The translations under genes were made by a program, and so were the position numbers. This document shows, in pieces, positions 12,480 to 25,855 of a stretch of 64,000 nt of DNA. The DNA is from Mobula hypostoma (taxonomy: Eukaryota), in NCBI RefSeq assembly GCF_963921235.1, contig NC_086097.1:227294001-227358000 (forward strand), written 5' to 3'. Below the pieces are notes generated by a model. That model searched no databases. It was not told the DNA's origin and was given only the letters and a program-made list of their open reading frames with translations. The stretch's first letter is position 1; each line of letters begins with the position of its first letter.

Positions 12480-13243
12480 TGTCGGGTTTTGGTGGACTCA
12501 AGTGGATACTTCTTCACCAGGATTTATTAGGGAGCACAAAGGCAACAGTCTTTCAAAAACAGAAGGCAGGCACGAATCTGAAATGGCAGGCAGAGGTCTT
12601 ACCAGGAAGGGCGGTCAGGCGAGGGCAGACAATCCAGAGCGCACAGGCAAAAATCAGGTCTAAGAATGGGCAAAATCCAAAACACAGAATCAGGCAAAAT
12701 CAGTGGGCAGAAGTCACAATGACAGGCTAGAACGACACAGGTCAGAACTGGGATGAACCAGCAGAAAATGCTGTCTGTCTGTCTGTATCTTGTTTTACGG
12801 CGGTCAGCATCCAGCTTAATGGTGCATTACCACCACCCTCTGCTCCGGAATGTGCACTAGACATATATTCTAAATCCCTTCACCCAATCGCATGCGCACG
12901 CACACAAAAACCTACACTTTACCCTCCCATCTTTGACCATCCTAGTACCCTATTCCTGTTTATCCGTCATATCCTATATAAAAAAAACCCTGTACCCCTT
13001 AAAAATGCTAAGCGGAAAATGCAGGTCAAGGCAGGATTTAAATGGACAGGATAATGAGTAAAAATTAGAAACAGGTGGGTGCAAATGAGGAGACAAGCAG
13101 GTAATTGGAAGAAGTCAGAAAAAGAAAGGGGCTGGGCCAGAACCCACATGGCCAGGTGAAAGAAAACAGAAGTTAAAGACTGTAGTGATCCACAGCTACT
13201 AGCAGAGGCCCTTCAACCCAGTGTTCAGGCCGGATCCTTAACA
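12480..13243. mobile_element. Probable solo LTR interrupted by a LINE 3' end
   Basis: TGTCGGG...CCTTAACA termini with 5-bp flanks ACAGT/ACGGT. Confidence 0.6.
12771..13010 (-). mobile_element. Nimb/I-clade LINE 3' end
   Basis: FLRGTGFFLYRI* followed by GGTGGTGGTAATGCACCATTAAGCTGGATGCTGACCGCCGTAAAAC and an (AGAC)n tail. Confidence 0.7.
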
Positions 13244-13649
13244 ACGGTACATATTGAAAAAAAATCCTCTGTTGCTCTTTGAATTGTACAATGGAATATT
13301 TTCCATCCACCTGAGTGGTTAGCTGGGATCTTGGTGTAATATCTCATCTTAAAGCCGGTATTTCTAAAAGTGTAGTATTCTTTCAACATTGATGTTTTGA
13401 GTTTTGAATTATGTTGGGGATGAAAGAGTTAAATTCCAAATATTCATAAACATAGAGTATGAGGGAGTATGCTGAGGCTAATCAAGAAGAGGTTTACAAC
13501 TTTATGTGTTTTGAATCATTTGCAAGATAACAATTACAAATTTTCTTGACTGTAGTTTTTATTGGATATTGATATCACAGAATGATATTAACAGCTGCTG
13601 AGTGGAGTACTGTAATAGTACAGGGTCGACGAGCTGAATGGAATACATT

Positions 13650-15797
13650 TCTTAGAAAACCTACAGCACAATAAAGGCCCTTTGGCCCACAAAGCTGTGC
13701 CGAACATGTCCTTAACTTAGAAATTACCTAGGGTTACCCATAGCCCTCTATTTTTCTAAGCTCCATGTACCTCCCCAGGAGTCTCTTAAAAGACCCTATT
13801 GTATCAGCCTCTACCACCGTCGCCGGCAGCCCATTCCACACACTCACCACTCTCTGCGTAAGAAACTTACCCCCGACATCTCCTCTGTACCAACTTAAAA
13901 CTGTGCCCTCTTGTGGTAGCCATTTCAGCCCTGGAAAAAAGCCTCTGACTATCCACACGATCAATGCCTCTCATCATCTAATACACTTCTATCAGGTCAC
14001 CTCTCATCCTCCGTCGCTCCAAAGAGAAAGTTTACTCAACCTATACACATAAGGTATGCTCCCCAATCCAGGCAACATCCTTGTAAATCTCCTCTCCACC
14101 CCTTCTTGGTTTCCACATCCTTCCTGTAGTGAGACAACCAGAACTGAGCACAGTACTCCAAGTAGGGTCTGACCAGGGTCCTATATAGCTGCAACATTAC
14201 CTCGCTCCTAAATTCAATCCCACGATTGATGAGGGCGAATGCACCGTATGCTTTCTTAACCACAGAGTCAACTTGTGCAACAGCTTTGCGTGTCCCATGG
14301 ACTCGGACCCTAAAATCCCTCTGATCCTCACACTACCAAGAGTCTTACTATTAATACTATATTCTGCCATCATATTTGACCTACCAAAATGAACCACTTC
14401 ACACATATCTGGGTTCAGCTCCATCTGCCACTTCTCAGCCCAGTTTTGCTTCCTATCAATGTCCGGCTGTAACCCCTGACAGCCCTCCATACTATCCACA
14501 ATACCTCCTACCTTTGTGTCATCAGCAAATTTATAAACCCATCCCTCCACTTCCTCATCCAGGTCATTTATAAAATTCATGAAGAGTAGGGCTCCCAGAA
14601 CAGATCCCTGAGGCACACCACTGGTCACCAACCTCCATGCAGAATATGACCCGTCTACAACCACTCTTTGCCTTCTGTGTGTAAGCCAGTTCTGGATCCA
14701 CCAAGCAAGGTCCCCTTGGATCCCATGCCTCCTTACTTTCTCATTAGGCCTTGCATGTGGTACCTTATCAAATGCCTTGCTCAAATCCATATACACTACA
14801 TCTACTGCTGTACCGTCATCAATGCGTTTAGTCACATCCTCAAAAAATTCAATCAGGCTCATAAGGCATGACCTGCCTTTCACAAAGCCATGTTGACTAT
14901 TTCTAATCACATTATGCCTCTCCAAATGTTCATAAATCCTGCATCTCAGGATCTTCTCCATCAACTTATCAACCACTGAAGTAAAACTCACTCTCTAGAG
15001 TTTCCTGAGCTAACTCTACTCCCTTTCTTAAATAAGGGAACAATATCCGCAACCCTCCAATCCTCCAGAACCTCTCCTGTCCCCATTGATGATGCAAAGA
15101 TCATCACCAGAGGCTCAGTAATCTCCCCCCTCGCCTCCCACAGTAGCCTGGGGTACATCTCGTCTGGTCCTGATGACTTATCCAACTTGATGCTTTCCAA
15201 AAGCTCCAGCTTATCCTCTTTCTTAATATCTACATGCTCAAGCTTTTCAGTCCACTCCAAGTCATCCCTATAATCGCCAAGATCCTTTTCCGTAGTGAAT
15301 ACTGAAGCAAAGTATTCATTAAGTACCTCTGCTATCTCCTCCATTTCCATTCACACTTTTCCACTGTCACACTTGATTGGTCCTATTCTTTCACATCTTA
15401 TCCTCTTGCTCTTCACATACTTGCCTTGGGGTTTTCCTTAATCCTGTCTGCCAAGGCCTTCTCATGGCCCCTTCTGGCTCTCCTTATTTCATTCTTATCC
15501 TCCTTCCTGCTAGCCTTATATTCTTCCAGATCTCTATCATTACCTAGTTTTTTGAACCTTTCATAAGCTCTTCTTTTCTTCCTGACTAGATTTACAACAG
15601 CCTTTGTACACCATGGTTCCTGTACCCTACCATCCTTTCTCTGTCTCATTGGAACGTACCTATGCAGAACTCTTGCAAATATCCCCTGAACATTTGCTAC
15701 ATTTCTTCCGTACATCTCTCTGAGAACATCTGTTCCCAATTTATGCTTCCAAGTTCCTGCCTGATAGCCTCATGTTTCCCCTTACTCCAATTAAACT
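13650..15797 (-). mobile_element. 5'-truncated CR1 LINE (RT pseudogene)
   Basis: Track ORFs 14197-14991 (SQHGF, DLSKAFDKVPH, GVPQGSVLG, KFADDTK), 14988-15350 and 15413-15739, broken by frameshifts. Confidence 0.95.
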
Positions 15798-15908
15798 CCC
15801 AATAATTTCTTATGCTCCATCTTGGCCATTGTTAACATCATGTGCTTTTGAAAGGCTTCTTTTGTTTAAAGTTAGTGGATAAAGTGTATTTAATTTCTGT
15901 TGTGATAG

Positions 15909-16155
15909 GCAATATGGGAAAGAGATGACCTTCTGCAGAAACGAGAAGCTGAACTCCTGGAGTCCCAAGAAAATGTCAGAAAGAAAATGTCAGAGATGAA
16001 GGTTTTGGACAACATCGTGACAGACCTGCAAATAAAACTGCAGAATTTGCAGTTTCACAAGATTCAGACTCAAAATGAAAATACAATACTAAGAGCTGAA
16101 ATTCAGCAATTAAACCAGGAACTGCAGGGACTCCATCAACAGTACAGAGAGAAAG
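15909..16155 (+). CDS. Internal exon of the coiled-coil gene, phase 0-1
   Basis: tgatag|GCA...AAA G|gtaaac, 247 nt, AIWERDDLLQKREAELLESQENVRKKMSEMK...LHQQYREK. Confidence 0.92.
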
Positions 16156-16504
16156 GTAAACTTTATTTTTCTAAAATAAGATACATCACGGTACAAATAG
16201 TTCATTAGCTTGCCTTGCTATAGTTTTGAAATATGTAGTAATTTATATACGACATGAAGACTTCATGTTGATTATGACAATTATGCCTAGTGGTCACTCG
16301 CATTATCAATTGGCTATTTTAATTAATTCCCTTTTAAGTATGTGCATACTCAAGATTTGTTACAAAAAGATATTGACTTTTATCTAAAGTTAGTTGAAGT
16401 ATTATATTAAACTCAGGTGGGGGTTCGGAGTTTTAACAGAGGTTATATTTTGTACTTCACACATGGAGACACACTCAAAATCTCTTAGGAAAAAAATATA
16501 TTAA

Positions 16505-16635
16505 GAAAACACATGGGATCTTGCAGATGCTGGAAATCCAAATTGTAAAATTGCTGGAGGAACTCAGCAAGTCAGGCAGCATCTATGGAGAGGAATTTAC
16601 AGTTGATGTTTCAAGCTGAAACCTTCATCAGGACA
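16505..16635 (-). mobile_element. Penelope-like terminal fragment with hammerhead-like motif
   Basis: Minus strand gtcCTGATGAaggtttcagcttGAAAcatcaactg, followed by the GATGCTGCCTGACTTGCTGAGTTCCTCCAGCA block. Confidence 0.7.
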
Positions 16636-17243
16636 GATAAATAAACAAATCTAGTTTTGTGGCTGCACTGACCACTGTGACCATATCTCTATATTTTTCT
16701 GAAAAACTGAAACAAACACCCAATCATAATAGGCATTATAAAAGCAGATGCTTCCACTTCTTCAGTCGAAAACTAGCATTCACTGAATCCACAGCAGTTG
16801 CTATAGTAGTTGTACTTGCTTTGGAGATTTTGTACAGTTGAAAGAATCAATAAGTTACTGCACTTCAGAATATTGCTTACCTCAATCGATTGTTTCAGTG
16901 TCAATGTCTGTTCCTCAGTAAAATGTTGAGTACGTAGTAATGTACCTGCATCAGGAAGTCTGTCTTGCACCCACTATCCACTATCTGCAAGACTTGTTCC
17001 TACTCCTTTGATTTAGCGTATGGTGCATGTTTAACTAAGCTAACAATTAAGATTTACTGCACTTGTCACATTCTATAAATAGTCTCTTACAGCTTTGATA
17101 GCATCCTCAGCTTTATTACTTGATTGTGTATATAAAGATGAAGATATCACATGTTTATAAAACTTTATCTCTGAGCAGACACTGCTAATTATTCTGTACA
17201 TATATAAATTGTGATTTATTATCAATAACTAGGATGCCTAGTA

Positions 17244-17851
17244 TGAGGGGTGATTGATAAGTTTGTACCCTAAGGTAGAAGGAGTCAATTTTAGAAAACC
17301 TAGCACATTTATTTTTCAACATTGTCCCCTCCTATGTGTACACACTTAGTCCAGCGGTCGTGGAGCATGTGGCTCCCTTCTTTGTGGAAGTGGTCCACAG
17401 CAGGGGTGATTGATAAGTTTGTGACCTAAGGTAGAAAGAGGTGAGTTATTAACTTCAAACTTTCTGCATTATCACTCAAAGAGTTGAACAAGAGCGTCTT
17501 GGACCTCCAGGTGGTCCACAACAGGGGTGATTGATAAGTTTGTGGCCTAAGGTAGAAGGAGATGAGTTATACAGCTCTCGTTACATGTATGTGCAGTTCA
17601 ACTCTTTGAGTGAAAATGCAGAAAGTTTGAAGTTAATAACTCATCTCCTTCTACCTTAGGCCACGAATGTATCAATCACCCCTGCTGTGGACCACTTCTG
17701 GAGGTCCAAGACACCGACTTCTACAAAGAAGAGATCCATATGCTCTATGACCGCTGGACTAAGTGTGTAAATGTAGCAAAAACTAAATGTGCTAGGTTTT
17801 CTAAAATTGACTCCTCCTACTTTAGGCCACGAACTTATCAATCACTCCTTG
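17244..17851. mobile_element. Non-autonomous Mariner element (palindromic MITE)
   Basis: TA flanks; TIR (C/T)GAGGGGTGATTGATAAGTT; both arms carry a mariner transposase C-terminus (FHKEGSHMLHDRWTKCVHIGGDNVEK*). Confidence 0.88.
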
Positions 17852-18249
17852 TATTTTAAATCTAGCAAACAGTATTTGAAGTTCTTTGAAAAGTCCAGAC
17901 ACTTCAATAAAGTTAGTGTAATAATTCCAAACAGGTAGAGTAAGACAATGTAACTTGCAAAAGTCAATCCCAGTATTTGCTAAATCTCTTCACAGTATTG
18001 TGTTGAAATGGAGGCTACTTGGCAAATGTCATTGTGCAAAGCGAATAATGCATTTTGAAAAATAGTATTCAAGCTTAAATGCCAACTTTAGCCAATAGGA
18101 AAATATAATACTTTAGAAATACAATTTTTAAGCCGATAAATACTGAATGAGCAACTGCCATTAACTCTTAATACAATACAATTGGTACCATGAAGTGTTG
18201 CTCTGAATATTAGAATTTGTGTCATGATAAGTTCAAAGACAAAAGAGCG

Positions 18250-19200
18250 ATATTAACTTGACCCTAGCCCTTTCTGGTTTAATAACAACCCACATTTGCT
18301 CCTGATGTTAATCATCTGCAGCTTTATGATTGAGCCATACTCTGGATGCACGTGAAAGACTTCCACAGTGATCAATTTCTTTCAGGCTTGTACAAAACGT
18401 TGGATATTAACCTTCGTCATGTATGCTTTGCTCAGTGTATCCCATTTGTGTACAGTACCTTCAGAGAAAACCTGTAATATCAACAGCATCCTCTGTAATC
18501 TCTTGAGTACATTATTTAGTGTTTTGAGAATAAATGTCTCTAACATTTGATTATTTGTTTCAACATTTACTGTCTCATCTGAAAATGTTCTGTTCAAGCT
18601 GACCTCAGACAAAAGTGGCAAGAGTTCCTTCTTGACTATTGCATATTTCATCTCTGCTTCTGTTGATGTCCTTGTTGCCTAGGTAATTAGTTGTCTGTTC
18701 TGCATCATTATTGCTCCAAGTCCATACTGAGATTCATCAGATTGTAAACATATGCCTTCCTTATCAAAATGATATCTAAGAATTGATGTGCTAGTGTCTG
18801 TTATTTAATATTTTTTCAGTGCCACTTCTTGGCATATTTTCCAGATCTACTTTGTATTTTTCCATCTTAAATCTTTACTTCAGTGTTTCTGATTAAAGGA
18901 GAAATTTATTTTGATGTTGAACAAGTTCCAATACATAGAGAGTTCCCATCACATCAATGTAGGCATTTCCAAAACTGGTTTAGTTTTGGCTAAGTGTACG
19001 CAAGGTTGTCAACTGTCATCTCAACTTGGATGTCAACACTCATTTTGAACCTGTTATTCATCACGTAGACAGTGCATAATGATGTCTTTTAACAGCAGAC
19101 CGTATAGTTCATCCCTTAGAGCTACTTGCACCTTACAAGGTGCATTATACACCGCGTCTGGTTTTAATTCAGGTTTAAGTTGTTAAATATCGTCATGTAA
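18250..19200 (-). pseudogene. Ancient Gypsy pol remnant (RT start and RNase H)
   Basis: Degenerate motifs LKPDAVYNAPCKVQVALRDEL; LQSDESQYGLGAIMMQN...STEAEMKYAIVKKELL; VETNNQMLE...KRLQRMLLILQ...DTLSKAY. Confidence 0.75.
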
Positions 19201-20859
19201 CATAAAACTGTATATTGGCATCAGACAATCTGTTGTTAATAACTTAGTTATTTAACTCAAATATTGTGACTCCAGTGGATGGTGTTCTATCCATTGCTTC
19301 TTAATTATTGTATTTGATAATATCCATGTACAAACATACTATGCTAAACAGGCCTGAGAGTCGTGCTGTGCAAAAATGTACAGTCCTTCTGGGAAATTGC
19401 CTGGATTGGAGGGTATGGATTATTAAGAGGGATTGGACAGGCTAGGTTTCTTCTCCTTCAAGTGAAAGAAGTAGAAAGGTGGCAAAAGTGGTATATAAAA
19501 TTGTACGATAAACAGATCGGTGCTATACCCTCCACCCCCACCCCAGTGTTCACTTGACAATGGACTCGGTCTGAATTATGTATATAATTTGCGTGGTTGT
19601 ATTTTACTGATATCCTATATGTGCTTGCTGTCTTGTATGTGCAAGGACTAGGCCTCAAGCTGCAGAGTCACTCGTTTACAGCTGTTGGAGACAGGTGTCA
19701 GAGCTGGTGTGCTTCACTGGTGGTGGTGTGACGCAGCGTCCAAGCTGGAGTCAGTGCTGCCCACAGTTCAATCGGCAGAAGACAAGCTCTGTTGAGGACT
19801 CCTGTAGACTTTTGCAGCATTGACTGGTTTGAATTTGGACTCTCATTGAGTGGCTTTATCTTTCTATCTTATATGTGCTTTATGTGCTTTGTGCTGTGGG
19901 TAACTGTTGGCACCTTGGCTCCGGAGTAAAGCAGACTCTTTTGGCTGTATTCATGAATATTCTTATTGAATAACTATAAGATATAAGAGCAGAATTAGGC
20001 CATTTGGCCCATTGAATAAGCTCCACAGATTCTGCAAATGACAATTAATCTTGAATTGAATTAAATTAAATTGAATTAGATAGATTCCACTTTTGATTTT
20101 CAATATAAGTGTAGCTGAAACTAGAGAGCATAAGTTGAAGTTGAGAGGGAGGAGATAATAAAAATCTAAGGGGTTAATTTTTCACACAAAAAGCAGTTGA
20201 TATCTGGAATGATCTGCCACTGGAGATGATGGAGGAAGGAATATTAACAATAATGAAGAGGCATCTTGGCAGATACTTGAATGAGCATGAGATTGAGAAA
20301 CATGAAATTAATGCAGGGAAGTGGGATCAGTACAGACACATTTCACTGTATGTTTCAATGTACATGTGACAGTAAAGATAATCTCTAATCTCATAATGAT
20401 GGGCTATGAAGTGTCTATTTTTTTTTACTGCATAACTCTATGGGTCTATGACTAACTTATTTTATGTAATCACTAAGTTGAACTAACAATAAAATCTGTT
20501 TTTAGAACTTAAAGATGAACTCCACTATCTGATATGATCACACAATTATAGTAAGTGGTTAGGCAAGTTTACAGTTATATTCTTATTTAAGTGAAATGAA
20601 ATTAAGTTACTCCTATATCTATTTGAAAGCTCAGGTAGTTGTTTGATTCTAAGTGTAACAAATTTCATCATTTAAACCATAAGGACTGACCTCATTGCAA
20701 CAAAAACTATTGATCCTGGTTCTTTATCAACTGTTCTGGTTGCTTGTTCATATCTACTTGATTTTTTTCCTCCATAGCATTTCTTTGCAATTTGATTGTC
20801 CGAAATATCAAAGGCAGGACACACTTGTCTCCTGTGATACTCATATTTCCTCTTAGAGT

Positions 20860-21560
20860 TCTAGCATTCCTGTGCTGTTTGAGTTTTGTATCCCTACTTG
20901 AAGTTATTTTCCTGTCAAATTCTGATGACTTCTTTACCTTTATATACTGAACTCTTATTGTTTCCTGTTAGCTTAGTAATCAAACTTCTATGCTTCTTAT
21001 GCATGCCAAACATCACTTATTTTCTCCTAGGTCAATTAAATTTCTCGAAAGACTTCTTATTACACCCTCAAGTCTGCAATTATATACACAAATCCATCTT
21101 TAAACATTTCTACCAGTATGGAACTGATAATATTTTGGTGGGTTTGGAGAGCTGTTCTCTATTGATTGTATCATTCTCCAATAACTTGTCTTTGCTCGTG
21201 AAATTATACCTTCCAAAAATAATATTTTTCTCAATATTTTGTGCAGGATTGAAAATATTTCTGCAAAATGGGTACAATATTTATACTCCTCTTCAGTCCT
21301 GGCTGTGGAATAAATTTTGAATTTCTTCTATCTCTTGAATAGTATGTACTGTTGCTACCTGGTCTCATTTTGTCTTTTGCTGCGGCATAATTACTACAGT
21401 ATATTCCTATCAAACTAACTTAAATACCTTCTATTGTAGTGGACTCATCCTGTTGAATATTTCAAGGGCTTGTTCTGGAGAAAAAGCACTTCTTGTCTCT
21501 ATCATCCCTGTAGTTTTCAAATAACCCTTAAACAACACAACCAACTCAGAAATACACACC
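20860..21560 (-). pseudogene. Highly decayed Gypsy gag-like remnant, probably from the same element as 18250-19200
   Basis: Weak motifs (PEQALEIFN; FREI*LT*EK), upstream of and collinear with the pol remnant. Confidence 0.4.
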
Positions 21561-22724
21561 AATATAATTTGAAGCACTTTACACAATCTCATGCAGTTGC
21601 TGCCACCATTTATTGATCTATCTTTAATTAACAAGCATAGTTGAGATTTTTTACCAAAATAAATGTATTTTTTATTTAAAGTAGCTACATTTAAATGAGG
21701 TAAATGTAATATTTTACAGATATTTGCAGCTTCACACACTGCCAAGAACCTACTCATGAGACCTGACTAAACACTGCCAGAGTATTTGCTTACTGAGCTC
21801 ATAGACCTCTTCACATATTGCCAATTCATAAGAAAATGTGATGAAATATGTCATAATCAACATGTAAGGTACTGCCAGGTTTTGAATTCGGTTTCAAGAC
21901 TGATCTCATCTGCAGTGGCGTTTTTCTTACTTGTAAAGACTCATTCATCTTTATCAACTAGGACAGTGATGGAAAAGTGACAACCATCTGAATGACAAGA
22001 TTGAATATGTTGTCTTTATTTATATCCATATGACATTTCCCTATGGCATTTCTTTTTGCATTTCTTACATAAGGCCGCATCAAATGAGCTACATTTTCAA
22101 CCCAAACAGCAATGTTAACTTTCATCACTGTGTAAAATTCTGGCAGTTGCTGGTTGGCTACCCACAATACTTTTCATCCAATTTCCCTTTCCATTGGCAA
22201 TCAACAGAGACCACAGCTGTTCCAGAATACTGAGCTGCTTTTTCATTGCTCAAAGTAGGTGGCCAGTTACGTCCATCTACCCTACTCTGTCTGCACTGGC
22301 TTCAGTATCCAGGACCATCCTTGGCCTAGTAGATCAACATGCTGGAGGCAGTGTAAGGACTTAATCTATGTATAAATCTGGTTGGGTTGCAAAGGACAAT
22401 TCCAATCTAGTGAGAGAGAGATTGTGGGCAGGCAGCCTGTTGCTCAAAGCCAATTTGAGCTTTTTTCCCTCCTAATTTTTTTTTATAAATATCTGTATTT
22501 CAAATGAAATCAGGCAGTGGCAATTAGTGCATGTATTTAAATGAAACTATCCCAATTCAACCTGAACCACAGGACTATTCATTCTGTTCAGACATAAAAG
22601 CTCAATCTTGGCACTTAAGGTTGGGTCCAGTGGAGACTGCAAATCTGAAGACAAATCGAGAAGTACTGAATCTTCTCTGCAAGACGGACTGCAACGAGGG
22701 AGAGAGAAACAGATCAGATTTCGG

Positions 22725-22825
22725 ACAACACACACAAAATGCTGGAGGAACTCAGAAGGCTAGGCAGCTTCTCTGGAAAAGAGTAAAGTCGACATTTCAG
22801 GCTGAAACCCTTCATCAGGAACTGG
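22725..22825 (-). mobile_element. Penelope-like terminal fragment with hammerhead-like motif
   Basis: Minus strand cCTGATGAagggtttcagcctGAAAtgtcgac. Confidence 0.7.
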
Positions 22826-23184
22826 AAGATTTCAGGTCCTGGACCTATTAGCAGAACACCAGAAGATCAGTCATATGAAATATAGGGTCCTGCCTTCTGC
22901 CTCAATGCTACATTCAAAACCACTTGGACCTTATTACAAGACTCATTAAATTATTAATATTAATTTATAAAACTAATAAACATCCACTCACTCTTACAAA
23001 TGCAAATATTCACACACTTAAAAACAATTTAAAATACTTCATCTGGTTAAACCAATTAAAATGATAATTTACCCTTATTCTTTCACTTGAATAGGCCCAC
23101 TATACTTGCACCTGGACTAACCTAATGAAGCCCAGATAGGCAAATTTCCCTGCCAAATGTTGAGGAATGGTGCTGATAGACTAA

Positions 23185-23936
23185 AGGCTAATTTATACTT
23201 GTATGTCAAATCGACGCCATAGGTATGGCGTAGCCGCTACCCTACGCCATACCCTACTCTGTACCCTATGACGTAGCCTGACGCGCACCTCTCCCAAAAT
23301 GTAACTACGCTTTGCGGCGACGCAGACCACAACAACTGTGATTGGTCCGCTTGGTAGCATTGCATTTCCTCCTACACTGCAATAGCTTCCCATTGGGCGA
23401 CTGAAGGGCAGGGAAGGTACTCTGGCTGCAATGCTTTCCATAAAGCTTTACAGATCTCCGAAATTATGGAGGACCCTGTGCTTGACGCCAGTTTGTAGCT
23501 AGCTGCTACAGCCTGTTAACTTCCACCTGAAGCTAAAACTCGAATGGTGATTGCCAGTCTGAGTATACTGTGCGTACACTGATGCGAAATAAATGGTTGG
23601 AGACGATGAACCAAATCATCAAATCTACCTGCCGACATCCGAAAGTATTTGAAATGCATTTCCTCGTCCATGTCTCTCAGTGGCCGGACAAACACAGAAA
23701 ATTCACCCTCCTTCAGTTTCAGTCGCCATTGTTTGAAGTTTGAGTTTCTTCGTGTTGAGTTTCAACACGACGAAACTCAACACAGTGGCATAGAAACCCC
23801 TCCGCCAACTAGCGTTTTGGCAGTGAATTTCAGAGCGACGCAGACACACCAACGAACAAGTATAAATGCTCACAATGGCATAGCCCGCTTGCGTAGGCTA
23901 CAGCGCAAGCTAGTACACACAAGTATAAATCAGCCT
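23185..23936 (-). mobile_element. Internally deleted PIF/Harbinger transposon
   Basis: TIR AGGCT(A/G)ATTTATACTTGT and TAA TSD (23182-84, 23937-39). The minus strand reads [25 protein letters not shown]...[13 protein letters not shown]...[23 protein letters not shown], a Harbinger transposase N-terminus. Confidence 0.9.
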
Positions 23937-24474
23937 TAAGGAGTTCACCTGTGTAGTGCCAGTGGGTTGGAGCTAACAGATTAATATGTAAAAGGCTGTG
24001 CATGCTCAGGAGTAGCCAAATAACACTTTGTTTGCTAACACTTTGACTTGCCCAGTGATTAAACCTAAGCTTTCTAATGCAAATATTTTATGTCTGTCAA
24101 TCAACATCAACATGAGTGATCAACACAAATGAACTTATATAACATGTTAACTGATATGTTACTAGAAAAACAAAACATTTGGAAACAAGTCTCATTCCGA
24201 TTTCTGGAAATCCCTTCAGGCCAGCGCAATGCCTCAAATTTTGGACCTTACTTTCACCACCAACACCACCCTCTTACTTCCATCACTTTGCCTTTTCCCA
24301 AAACCCTTATGTTAGGGTTCCTTCCCCTCTGCACAACCTCCCTCCAATACAACATTAGACCTGGAATAGTTCTCTGTCCTGATCCCTCAATGGCAGGAGT
24401 GTTCCTCTCTTACCTGACCTTCCCTACATGATCCAGGTCTCTGAATCCTGTTGCCATTTGATCTGAGAAGCAGT

Positions 24475-25337
24475 TGTTACGTACCCCGTAACTGGGTTGC
24501 CAAACCAGCAGAAATGGATCACTCAGTTGGAGTCTGGAGTACTAGAACTAAGAAAGTTTTATTAAAGAAACAAGCAACACAGTAATCGAAAGGATAATAA
24601 ATGCAACAGTTCAGCGATGATAAACACACATGTGCACAGAATTAAGATAACAGCATCAATCAAGCTCTATCGTTGTCTAGGGGTAAATGACCAAATTTCA
24701 AAGTGACTCAAAGTTCAGTCCAGTTTAGTAGTTCAGTTCGCAGTAATCGTTGCCATGGCGACGGACAACGTGGGGGGAGAGAGAGAGAGAACAGGAACAA
24801 CTGATCATTCAGACACAGCTTCACTCACAGACCGGCGAGATGGCTCACAAGCAGCTTTTGGGCGGGTCCTTGGTGATGTCACCTGAGGTCACCGACTGTG
24901 ACCCCTCCTCCAGATGCGGTCGATCCTCTGCAGTGAACCCGGCACCCAGGCAAGGGCGGACACACACCGGGTTCCCGCTGATCGTACCTTTCCACCCTGG
25001 CCGTTGTCTGATACTTCCCACCGACTCGTGAGAGGCGTACCGCTTCCAGGATCTCGTTACCTCGGGTGGCGTGTGTGTCCTGCCTTAGTGAACCTGTCCC
25101 TTTTTATCCCCCTGCTGGGGCATCGCCTGTCCACCACTTCAAACAGTTCAGGGTTCAAAGGGGGGAGCCGCTCCAGACAGCTCTCTCTCCCCCGTCCCTT
25201 CATTACACATCTCCAGACGCTGCTCCATTGTTCCTTATCTCTCCTTCCCCTGGGGGCAGGTGGCAGACCACTTGCTGATGTCACTGATGCTAGCCCAGGC
25301 CAGCAAACATCTTAATTTTATGTGTATTCTCGTCACA
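24475..25337 (-). mobile_element. Solo LTR of the Gmr1-like family
   Basis: TGTTAC...GTCACA termini, perfect 4-bp TSD CAGT, homologous to 1343-2188. Confidence 0.93.
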
Positions 25338-25855
25338 CAGTTAAGAGAGTGAGTGTAAAGTAGGATGAGGAGAGAATAAGTCATAACAAGAGAGACTGGA
25401 AGGAGAATAGAGTGGGGTTTGAGTGAGGAGAGGAGAGGGTGGTGGTAGAGGAAGGATTGAGAGAAGGCGAGGACTGCACCGATGTTGGCCAAATGCACTG
25501 GCATCAATACCCCTGATTCAGGACGAAACACTTATTTTCAGTAATCTCCTGAAAGATGCAATGCAGAAACAGGCCATATGACTACTTGATTCATGTTTGT
25601 TATTATGGTCCAGTTGAGTCTCCTCCATAACCTCCTCTTCTTTTCCTTGTAAGGTTTAATGGCAGTTGACAGACCAACATAATTAGTTTATCTGCCACTA
25701 CTGAGTTGGAGTGTGCAGCAAAGAGACAAGAAGTATACCCACTAAATTTCTCCCCCCAAAAAACCAAAAAGTCTAATGCTTTTCAGAACATCAAATACGC
25801 ATTCATATACATTATAATGGCAGTGATTTCCTAACAAACTTTTGATGTGAAACTA

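Noticed and set aside
17244..17851. Repeated ~35-bp units with spacers, superficially CRISPR-like
   Set aside because: The units are mariner TIRs in both orientations in eukaryotic DNA, and no cas genes are present.
20886..21320. 144-aa hydrophobic ORF
   Set aside because: AT-rich antisense frame over a decayed retroelement, with no splice or domain support.
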